Shown in pieces: positions 26,337 through 43,804 of a stretch of 64,000 bases of DNA (the first letter of the stretch is position 1; every line of letters begins with the position of its first letter). Below the pieces are notes generated by a model. That model had not been told where the DNA came from and searched no databases. It saw nothing but the letters and a program-made list of their open reading frames with translations. Source of the stretch: the human T2T-CHM13v2.0 reference genome, Homo sapiens; assembly GCF_009914755.1 (NCBI RefSeq), contig NC_060944.1. One strand, 5' to 3'. A program made the position numbers and the translations under genes.

Positions 26337-26761
26337 ATAGTAACAAAACACACAGGATTTGCTGGCAACTGAAGCCCCATTCAATAAATATAATGGTGTA
26401 AAAGCAAATACGAGAACTGCACCCAAGCAAATAACAGCAACTAAAAAGCAAGCCACAGTGCAAAAAATATACTGAGGGAATTCCTACCCAGCACCTGCAG
26501 CAAAAGTCAACAAAATCTGGCACAAAGCCACAAAACCCATTCCTGCCGGATATGATGTTGCCACACTTCACCACTAGGGGACGACGAAGGTCACCCAGCG
26601 AATTTGGGCCGCGATGCTCAGAATTCCTGGCCCCGTCTGCTTTCCCAGACAACGGATGGCCTCTTTGGCACCTGTAAGGTCCCCCAAACTGCAAGATGCT
26701 AGAAAGCAATCTCAAGGGACCAGCAGCCCCAGGCCTATGAAGCCCTCAAGAGCCTAACTCG

Positions 26762-26856
26762 TTCTCTTCCATCCACAATATGGGCATGTTATATTGGGGT
26801 GCCCAAGGGCCCCACTTTGCACCATTCTCTTCCATCCACAATATGGGCATGTTATA
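26762..26856 (+). repeat. Perfect 32-bp direct repeat separated by 31 bp
   Basis: TTCTCTTCCATCCACAATATGGGCATGTTATA at 26762-26793 and 26825-26856. Confidence 0.95.
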
Positions 26857-27263
26857 AGATGGTAAGGAAGGCTGGCCATGGTGGCTCACACCTGTAATCC
26901 CAGCACTTTGGGAAGCTGGGGTGGGCGGATCACTTGAGGTCATGAGTTCCAGACCAACTTGGCCAACATGGTGAAATCCCGTCTCTACTAAAAATACAAA
27001 AATTAGCTGGGCATGGTGGCAGGCTCCTGTAATCCCAGCTACTAGGGAGGCTGAGACAAGAGAATCACTTGAACCTGGGAGGCAGAGGTTGCAGTGAGTG
27101 GAGTGCCCGGGCAACAGAGCAAGACTCAGTCTCAAAAAAAAAGGCCAGGCGCGGTGGTGCATGTCTGTAATCCCAGCACTTTGGGAGGCTGAGGCGGGTG
27201 GATCACCTAAGGTCAGGAGTTCAAGGTCAGCCTGACTAACATGGTGAAACCCCATCTCTACTA

Positions 27264-27467
<204 letters not shown>

Positions 27468-28834
27468 TCACAGCTGCAATGCCAGCAGTTTGGGAGACCA
27501 AGGTAGGCGGATCACTTGAGCACAGGAGTTCAAGACCAGTCTGGGCAACATGGCAACACCCCATCTCTACAAAAAATACAAAAATTAATCTGACATGAAG
27601 GTGCATGCCTGTAGTCCCAGCTACTAAGGAGGCTAAAGTGGGAGGATCATCTGAGTCTGGGAGGTCCAGGCTGCAGTGAGCTGAGATTGTGCCACTGCAG
27701 TCCAACCTGGGTGACAGAGCGAGACTGTGTCTCCAAAAAACAACAAAAACAAAAATTAAAATTAAAATTAAATTGCAGAAGGCATTTTTTAGAAAGGGGG
27801 AAAAGGGTAAGTGAGTCTTATGCCAGCAAACTGGATATCATCCCCACTTAACAGATGAGGAAATAGAGGCTCAAAGAGGCAATGCAACCTATCCAGGCTC
27901 AATCATACCGCTAGGGAACATCAGAACCAGATTCAAAGACAGGTGGGTCAGATCGTTGTCACTGGGACACTGTACCCCCAGCCCCAGTCATATCTGTGAG
28001 AAGAGACAAACAGATAAGGAGAGTATCTGAGGGAGGGAGGGAATATAAAGAAATGACTTCCTCCCGCAGAGACCCTTCATGCCTTCCCCAAGTGGTCCAC
28101 GAGGGCCGTCCCAGTTCTCCGAGCCACAACACTTAAGGATGGGTGTCAGGCCTTCACTTGGCTCCCCTTCCTAGCAGGACCCCCAGAGCTACGGAGTCAG
28201 TTTATTCATTCGGCAAGGGCTCTAAGTCTCATTCAGACATTTCTACCTTCAGTTCTCAAGTGTGACTTGATTTTCTCCCCATGTCGGCCCCTACCTTCAC
28301 CCAACCCCTCTTCAAACTCTGGAAAGCTCTAAGCCAGAATCCTACTCAAGTCACCAGACTTGTCATACTGTTCCCACTGGGCCCAGAACCCCTTGATCTG
28401 AGCTTTAAACTTTATTTACATGGAGCACTGTGATTTTCACTTTTTTTTTTTTCTAAATAAAGATGGAGTCTTGCCACGTTGCCGGGGCTGGTCTCAAACT
28501 CCTAGCCTCAAGTGATCTTCCGACCTCAGCCTCCTGAGTTCCTGGGATTACAGGCAGCCACCACCGTGCTCAGCTGTGATAGTCTTTTTTAAAAAATTGA
28601 AGCATGGGCTGGGCGCGGTGGCTCACGCCTGTAATCCCAGCACTTTGGTAGGCCAAGGCAGGCAATCCCTTAAGCTCAGGAGTTCAAGACAAGCCTGGGC
28701 AACATGGTAAAACTCTACTCTCCAAAAAAAAACAATAACAGGCTGGGCGCGGTGGCTCACGCCTGTAATCCTAGCACTTTGGGAGGCCGAGGCGGGTGGA
28801 TAATGAGCTCAGGAGATCAAGACCATCCCGGCTA

Positions 28835-29113
<279 letters not shown>

Positions 29114-29371
29114 TTAATTGGCCTTCCTGACCCTCTCCTCCACCCTCCACAGGGCCATTTCGGGTTGCGCGTTCCAAGGCCGTCTGACCACATCACTACC
29201 CCGGCCAAAAACCTCCAATATTTCTCCTGCTCTAAGGATGGAGACCCTCAGAAACAGAATCATAAGTACTCCTCACCTTTGAGAACGAAAAATGAGGCTG
29301 GGCGTGGTGGCTCACACTTGGGAGGCCAAGGCGGGCAGATCATTTGGGGTCAGGAGTTGGAGACCAGCCTA

Positions 29372-29668
<297 letters not shown>

Positions 29669-30104
29669 CTATAGTGAGCGGGGATCGCGCCACTGAACTC
29701 CAGCCTGGGCAACAGAGACTCTGTGTCAAAACTAAAAATAATTTTTTAAAAACAAGAAAACCTGGCCGGCCACAGTGGCTTACACCTGTAATCCCAGCAC
29801 TTTGGGAGGCTGAGGCAGGCAGATCACCTGAGGTCAGGGGTTTGAGACCAGCCTGGCCAACATGGTGAAACCCTGTCTCTACTAAAAATACAAAAATTAG
29901 CTGGGTGTGGTGGCATGTGCCTGTAATCCCAGCTACTTGGGAGGCTGAGGCATGAGAATTGTTTGAACCCAGGAGGCAGAGGCTGCAGTGAGCCAAGACT
30001 GCACCACTACACTCCAGCCTGGGTGACAGAGCGAGACTCTGTCTCAAAAATAAAAATAATAAATAATAGGAAAAAAAAAAAAAAGAGCTGGGCGCAGTGG
30101 CTCA

Positions 30105-30805
<701 letters not shown>

Positions 30806-30901
30806 TCCTCAACCAAAAAGGACAGATTTCTCTTTGGTGCTTCCTGCCATTCCATGGAAAACATAAATATTCTCTGTTAATTTGACTTACTACAGAAACT
30901 A

Positions 30902-31464
<563 letters not shown>

Positions 31465-32222
31465 TAGTCCCAGCACTTTGGGAGGCTAAAGTGGGTAGGT
31501 TGCTTGAGCTCAGGAGTTTGAGACAATCCTGGGCAACATGGTGAAACCCCATCACTACAAAAAATACAAAAATTAGCCAGGCATGGTACAATGCGCTTGT
31601 CGTCCCAGCTACCCAGGAAGCTGAGGCGGGAGACAGAAGTTGCAGTGAGCTGAGATTGAGCCACTGTGCTCCAGCCTAAGCAACAGAGTGAAACCCTGTC
31701 TCCAAAAATAAACTAATTTTTAAAAAGAAACACATCAGGTAATTATAGGAGGTCATCGAATGTGACCAGTGAAGGTGTTTTTTCTGTAACTTTCCCTACT
31801 GCTTGCCAAGCCATTGGCAGGGCAGGGCAGGAGCATTTTGTTGCTTCTCTCTCATGACAGCCTCAGGAAGAGACAGGGCTGCACCCACTTCCCAGATGGG
31901 AAGTTAAGCTCGGGGAAGCGGGGGATGACCCAAGGTATACCCACCTCAGGGCTCACCGAAGTCAAGATACATCCCAGGGCAGGGGCCTGAGGAACTGGCT
32001 CCACCACTGACTTGCTGTGAGCTCTGCCTGGGCCTCAGTTTGATAATTCCCTGAGAATCACAAATCTCTGATATTCTTCTGGAAAAGTCCTGACTTCAAA
32101 TATGCTGCTCCTGACAGGTGTGATGGCTCCTGCCTGTAATCCTAGCTCCTCAGGAGGCTGAGGCACGAGAATCACTTGAGCTCAGGAGTTCAAGACCAGC
32201 CTGGACAACATAGGAAGACTCA

Positions 32223-32471
<249 letters not shown>

Positions 32472-33046
32472 TTAGCCGGGCATGATGGTACACACCTGTA
32501 ATCCCAGTTACTCGGGAGGCTGAGGTGAGAATCTCTTGAACCTGGGAGATATAGGTTGCTGTGAGCTGAGATCACACCACTGCACTCCAGCCTGGGTGAC
32601 ACAGTGAGACCCTGTCTCAAAAAAAAAAGCCAGCATGGGAAGCCAGGTGGGAAATTTTCCTATCTAACTGCCTCCATATCCCTCTTACTAAATTACTCTG
32701 GGCTTAACCAAGGAAGACAGTTAGAGCCTGACACTTGGGGGCCAAAGAAACAAAGACAACGAAAGCAGCCATTAAATGGCTCTGCAGGAGGCAGAGGGAG
32801 AGAAGTGTTTTTGCTCCAGAGAGGAAAGGGGAGAGGGAAGGAGGGCTGGGAAACGGACTGAAGAGGAGACCAGAGCCAGGAGCTGGATAGTGACAGGAGG
32901 CTGGGTACTGGTGGGCCAAGTCAAACTCTGCAAAGCCAGGGCCCAGAGGATGCCCAAGGATGGAGAACATGGAAACTGACCTCTGTGTTTCTGTCAAGTG
33001 TGCCTTTCGTCTCACCCTCCAGCACTAAAGGGCTCAATTCACTTGT

Positions 33047-33096
33047 GTTACCAAGGTTTGGTGACTGCGGAGTTACCAAGGTTTGGTGACTGCAGA
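33047..33096 (+). repeat. 25-bp tandem duplication
   Basis: GTTACCAAGGTTTGGTGACTGCRGA x2, with one mismatch. Confidence 0.95.
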
Positions 33097-33153
33097 GTCT
33101 AAGGGGAGCCTGGCAGAGATGAAGGGGAAAGACTGAACTGTGGAAACTATCAA

Positions 33154-33515
33154 CTTAGTCCATTTTGTGCTTCTATGACAGAATACCTGAGACTGGTAAC
33201 TTATAATGAACAGAAGTTTATTTGGCTCACAGTTTTGGAGGGTGGGAAGTCCAAGATCAAGGAACTGCATCTGGTGAGGGCCTTCTTGCTGCCTCATCAC
33301 ATGGTGGAAGGCCTCACATGGTGAGAGAGTACACAGGACAGAAGGCAAGAGAGTGCTGAACTCACATTTTATCAGGAATCCACTCCTGTGGTAAGAGCAT
33401 TAATCCATTCATGAGGGCAGAGCCTCTTAGAGGTCCCATCTCTCAACACTATTGCATTGGGGATTAAGTTTACAACGCATGAACTTTGCTCATGGGGCAC
33501 ATTCAAGCCATAGCA
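33154..33515 (-). mobile_element. MaLR (MST-family) solo LTR
   Basis: Characteristic ends CTTAGTCCATTTTGTGCT... and ...GGGCACATTCAAGCCATAGCA, with internal AAGTTTATTTGGCTCACAGTT and GGGAAGTCCAAGATCAAGG. Confidence 0.75.
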
Positions 33516-33844
33516 ACTACACAGCACCAGGGTAGGCTGTAGGCAAGCAGGCCCCAGAGGCCAAGATGATGGAGAATGGGAACTACTAGGAATCTACAGG
33601 CATCTGGCGAAGGGCTGAGGACTTCCTCAGAGTATGGAATAAAATTTCAACTGGTCTTATCAAGATCCAGAGCAGGAAGACCAAGTTGACAAAGATCACT
33701 TAGATGAATCCAAAATGAATGAGGATATAGGAGGTGGAGAAATACCAGAGGACACACCTTCAGGGACAGGGCAGTTGGGATGGGCATAAGAGCACAGGCT
33801 CAAGAGTCAAGATTGTCTGGGTCTAAGATACTATTTCCTACTAA

Positions 33845-36855
<3,011 letters not shown>

Positions 36856-37971
36856 TCCTACCTCCTCCAATGACCAGTTTTATAACCTCAGGTGTTACTT
36901 AGCCCCTCTGTGCCTCCCTTATCTCTATTCTTTAATCCCAACACTTTGGGAGGCCGAGGCAGGTGGATCACTTGAGCTCAGGAGTTCAAGACCAGCTTGG
37001 GCAACACAGCGAAACCATGTCTCTACTAAAAATGCAAAAATTAGCTAGGTGTGGTGGCGGGCGCCTGTAATCTCAGCTACTTGGGAGGCTGAGACATGAG
37101 AATCACGGGAACCTGAGAGGCGGATGTTGCAGTGAGCAGAGATTGCACCACAGCGAGACTCTGTCTCAGAAAAAGAAAAAAGAAAAAAAAGCAGTGGACT
37201 CCTAGATCCTATGAAGGCTGCAACCTAGACCCGACAAGAGATCAGAAATTTATTATCCAAAGAATACAGAAGGTCCTGGACAGATGAACACCAGGCACAG
37301 GAGAGGAGAAGACAGCAACAACAGAAGGGTTACACAGAAATTCATGTACTCAGTGTTGAGGATATCCAGACCCTTAGTCTTCCTCCACTCAGCTTGGGAA
37401 CACTGTCAGCAAGGCACAGAGCCCACTCAGGCCTTCATGCCGCACTAGCTCCCAGGGCCCCAGACCTTCTAGTACAATGGAAAAATGAGACTGTCAAGGC
37501 ATAGCTCTCATCAAAGAAATTCCAGGCCAGGCACAGTGGCTCACACCTGTAATCCCAACATTTTGGGAGGCCAAGGCAGGCGGATCACCTGAGGTCAGGA
37601 ATTTGAAACCAGGCTGGGCAACATGGTGGAACGCCATCTCTACTAAAAATACAGAAATTGGCCGGGTGCAGTGGCTCACGCCTGTAATCCCAACACTTCG
37701 GGAGGCCGAGGTGGGCAGATCACTTGAGGTCAGGAGTTCGAGACCAGCCTGGCTAACATGGTGAAACCCCATCTCTACTAAAAATACGAAAAATTAGCTG
37801 GGCGTGGTAGCCTGCGCCTATAATCCCAGCTACTCGGGAGGCTGAGGCAGGAGAATCGCCTAAACCGGGAGGCAGAGGTTGTGGTGAGTCAAGATCATGC
37901 CTCTATACTCCAGCCTGGGCGACAGAGCAAGACTCCGTCTCAAAAAAAAAAAAAAAAAGAAAAAAAAAAGC

Positions 37972-39455
<1,484 letters not shown>

Positions 39456-40351
39456 TTTTCTTTGACTCTCACCGAAGCCTTGTGTTTCCACAACATGAGA
39501 AAAGGGAGGTTCAGAAGGTGTGGATGATTTTCCTAAATCACCTGGCTAGTAACCAAGTCCCAGGGCCACAGCCTTCCCACCGCAAGGCACTGTCGCCCAA
39601 AGCCTTCAGGAGTAAGCTTGGCTGTAGGTTTTCCAGCCATAGGCACACAGCCAGACACAGGTGGGCACTCAGAAATTAGTTACGTGAGTAAATACCCAAC
39701 AACTAGGAGAAAGCTAGGCAAATTGTGGTTGACCAACAAGACACTGCAAGACTTTTCAGGAGGAAGATGTGGAATTCCACTTATCAACATTAGATGAAAA
39801 TGCAGAACCTCACATAACAGCCACAAATCTCCCTAGATCTCAGAGGCGGGTCTCCATCCGCTCGGCCTCAATTATCCAGAGCTGAGTCACCAACTATCCT
39901 CCCTCCAGTCTCTCCCCAGCTCTCCGCAGGAACCAGCTGGAGCTCTCTACTGCCCACACTGCCAAATCCAAATTCTTCATCCTGGCCTTCACAGCCCTTC
40001 CATCTCAACCAATCCAGTTGTTTCCTGAACACTTTCACCCTCCCTGGCCTTTGTTGGACTCTTCCCTCTACCCCACAGAAGCCCATCTTCTCCTTTATCC
40101 TGAGATGCAACTTGGCTCATATGGATTCTCAGTGAATGCTGGTGCCTTTCCCCACTTCCATCAAAAAGGGAGCGGTGGCCAGGTGTGGTGGCTCACACCT
40201 GTAATCTCAGTACTTTGGGAGGCCAAGGCAGGTAGATCACCTGAGGTCAGGAGTTCAAAACCAGCCTGGCCAACATGGCGAAACCCCGTCTCTACTGAAA
40301 ATACAAAATTAGCCGGGCGTGGTGGTGCATGCCTGTAATCCCAGATACTCA

Positions 40352-40456
<105 letters not shown>

Positions 40457-41023
40457 TCAAAAAAAAAAAGGAAGCGGCTCACTTTTTTTTTTTTTAACAA
40501 AAGTGGATTTATTCATTTAAACCTATGTGATCACCAAGTTCACTAGAAACTGGCAGGATGAACCTGGAGCCTCACATCCAAGAGCCTCCGGTTTGGGTTT
40601 TTCTGGTACGGAGGCAGGGAACTGACTTAGATGACCTGGGCAGCCAGGCTGGTCTGGGCTTGGATGCCTTTCCACCTCTCCTTCCTCTCCTAGTCTATCC
40701 CCAGCTCCCTTCCAGGGGTCAGGACCCCAAACTCCTATTAGGCAAGTCTTTTCTTCCCTTAGCAACCCAGTTTCTTCAAACATGGGGAAAAAAGGTAGGA
40801 GGAGCTTCTTATCACAATATTTCTTTTTAATTTAGAAAGAGGAGGAGAAAGCTAGGCTCACACCTGTAATCTTAACACTTTGGGAGGTTGAGGCGGTGGA
40901 TCACTTGAGGTCAGGAGTTCAAGATCAGCCTGGCCAACATGGCAAAACTCAAGTCTCTACTAAAAACACAAAAATTAGCTGGGCACGGTGGTGGGCGTGG
41001 GCGCCTTTAGTCCCAGCTACTCA

Positions 41024-41209
<186 letters not shown>

Positions 41210-43319
41210 CTAAAGTTCTCACCAACTATGTCCAAAGTCCCTCCTTGTTGGGACACTGTAAGCTGTCAATAAATATACCTTGGTCATGCCCCTACATTAG
41301 CGCGCACCAACTTACCCCATTTTAAGAGCCTGCGGTAGAGAGGTCTCAGAGTTGCTATAATGGGCCAGCTCCTGGTGAGGGGTATTTAGTTGTTTGCAAT
41401 TTTCCCGAATGAACAGTTCTGCAAAGAACAATCTTCTATAAGCATTTATCTTTGTTGTACAGCTACTTCAAAAGACAGATTCCTAGAAGTGGAATTACTG
41501 TCTTAGAGAATCTACACATTTTAAATTCTGATACTTACTAGTTCAGAAACTTGACACGGTAATTCTCAAACTCTAATTGCACTTAGGCTTTATCTGTGAA
41601 GCTTGCTTACGTGCAAAATCTGACCGGCTACCAGCCTCCCTCCACCACTACCCCGTCCTCCAGGAGAGAGGAGGGGCTCCAGGTCTTTGTTATGCAGCTC
41701 TCAGGTGGAGGAGGAGGCAGCACTCCCCCGCTTCCATTTTCCCAACCACATCTAGCACCAGACTTGGGAAACACTCGTCTAAGGGGCTGCTGCAGGCACA
41801 ATTTACGGTGCGGTCTCTTCCTCTAGCCCAGGCCCCCAGTGGCTTCCCCAGAAAGGGCAGAATGTGGCTCTTACGCATACAGGAGAAAAACGCCTAGTGC
41901 GGAGTTCAAGCTCAGCAGCCACTACCAGAGCCCCCTCTCCAGGCTCACCTGGTCGCACCCATTTCCCCCTGGGGCTCCCCTCTTCTGAAGGTCCCTGTCC
42001 CATACATTTCCTAGAGGCCAAGGCCCATTGGTTTTACATTTCTTACCTAAGGCAACCCAGACGTGGCTTTTTCTTTCACAGGGCCGTGGGGGGAGCACCA
42101 CTTCCCCGGCCAAAAAAATTGTTTCTGACCCACACTCTGGGCCTTATTTTCCCTGTCTGTGAAATGGAGAGCAACAGGCAGTGCCACTGACATTTCACCC
42201 GCTGCCGTGAGGAGGTTTTTAACATTTGCAGGAAGTCTGGCTTCTATGGGGTGTCCAGGTGAAACCTTAACAATCTTTAATCAGCATTCTGATTGGCTTA
42301 AGGCTTGTTTGGAAAAAATTAAGAGTTTTGTTCCTAGAGTTCTCCATTGCTAAAGGGTAATTAAGTCCAAAAGCTGTTTTCAAAGCGATTTCCAAGCTCA
42401 AGGGCCCTAGATATCTGGACCTAGCCGTGTCCGGGTACAGGGCTGGGGGGCGTGGGGGGATGCCCTAAGAGGCTGGTTAACAGAAATATCACAGTATGTG
42501 GTACCCACAGCAGAGAGCAGGGAAGAATGTACTGACTGGGGTGGGGGAGGCCAAGGAAAACCTTCTGGAGTAGGGTGTAACTGGCAGAAGAGGAAAAAGA
42601 AACCAGACAGGAACTCCGGGAGCTCCTGGACTGATCGTTTAAGGCCGGGCACAAGGGGTAAGGGATCAGGCTTCACTATCGACCGACCTGGGCTGAATGA
42701 TACCGGTTGACTGTGTGACAAAAGCAAATCAAGAACCTCTCTGCGGCTCATGAGTAAGCCAGAGACTTACATAGGACAACACATACCCTATCACCCGAGG
42801 ATGAGACGGGATGACACACACGAAGTGCCCCGCACAGCGTCGTTGTAAAGCGTTGGCTGTTTTCACCTCTGGCCGCCCCCTGTGAGCCCGATCATGTGCT
42901 TTTTGGGCTTAGGTCGGAGGCGGCCTCCCAGATTCTACAGGCCATTGAGGTCGTAACAAGCGTCTCCATCAGAGCCTAGTCCTTAACTAGCTGCGGGTAA
43001 GTGCCCGGACTAAGTGGCCTCAGTTTCCCCTCGAAGCAACGGGACCAATCGCACCGCCGGCAGGACATCTTGTGCGGGGCGCGAAGTGACAAAAGTCAGG
43101 ATTTGCAGAAGTTCCCACTCGGTAACGACCCCCACCCCGGCAAGGAGCACAGTAGGCGCTCCGGAAACGCCCTCCACGAGGAGGGCCGGGCCACTTCCTG
43201 CCCCCGAGCGGGCTCTCCCCGGCGGAGGCTCCCACCGCCGCTATGGGTAGGCCATGCAGCATTCCTGAGGGCGGGGTGGGCGCAGGAAGAAGGTGCCCGC
43301 GGCCCCGCCCCCTCCGGGC

Positions 43320-43527
43320 GCGCTGGGCGGGGCGAAGCCCCTCGGCGCCGACGGCCCGCCCCGCGGGGGGTGGGCGCAGCTCGTCGCGCTCCGCACAAAG
43401 TTTGTTTTCTCCCTCCGGGCGGGTGGGGGAGGGCGCAGAGGGCGCGGGGGGAGGAGAGGGGATCTGACGTCAGGCCGCGAGGTGCTTTCCAGCCGCGAGC
43501 TGTCAGGCCGAGTGTCAGGCCGGGCAG
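43320..43527 (+). other. TGIF2: TGIF2 exon 1 (5'UTR, non-coding; start approximate)
   Basis: Donor GGGCAG|GTACGC at 43528 within the CpG island, compatible with the acceptor TCCCAG|GTTTACC at 48617. The TSS position is uncertain. Confidence 0.65.
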
Positions 43528-43749
43528 GTACGCGGCGCGCGCCCCCGGCGCCCCCCGCTCCCCGCCGGGACGCCCCGCGCCGAGCCGGAGGCCGCGTGGA
43601 CCCGAAAGCCGCTGGGAAAAGTCAGTGCAGGGAGCAGCAGAGGGCCAGATGGGGGTGGGGGCGCGCGGACAACTTGGAAAGTTTCTTTTTCTCGGCCGGA
43701 CGGGGAGGGGGCGTCGTCCTGGCGCGTGCGGTAGGGGGTGTGTGAGCTC

Positions 43750-43804
43750 GGGGGTGTTTGTGAGTCCCGACGGCCCCCGGGGGGTGTTTGTGAGTCCCGA
43801 CGGC
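43750..43804 (+). repeat. 25-bp direct repeat at 30-bp period in TGIF2 intron 1
   Basis: GGGGGTGTTTGTGAGTCCCGACGGC at 43750-43774 and 43780-43804. Confidence 0.95.

Noticed and set aside
26762-26856. CRISPR-like repeat-spacer-repeat geometry (32/31/32)
   Set aside because: Only two repeats, no cas genes, and the DNA is mammalian.
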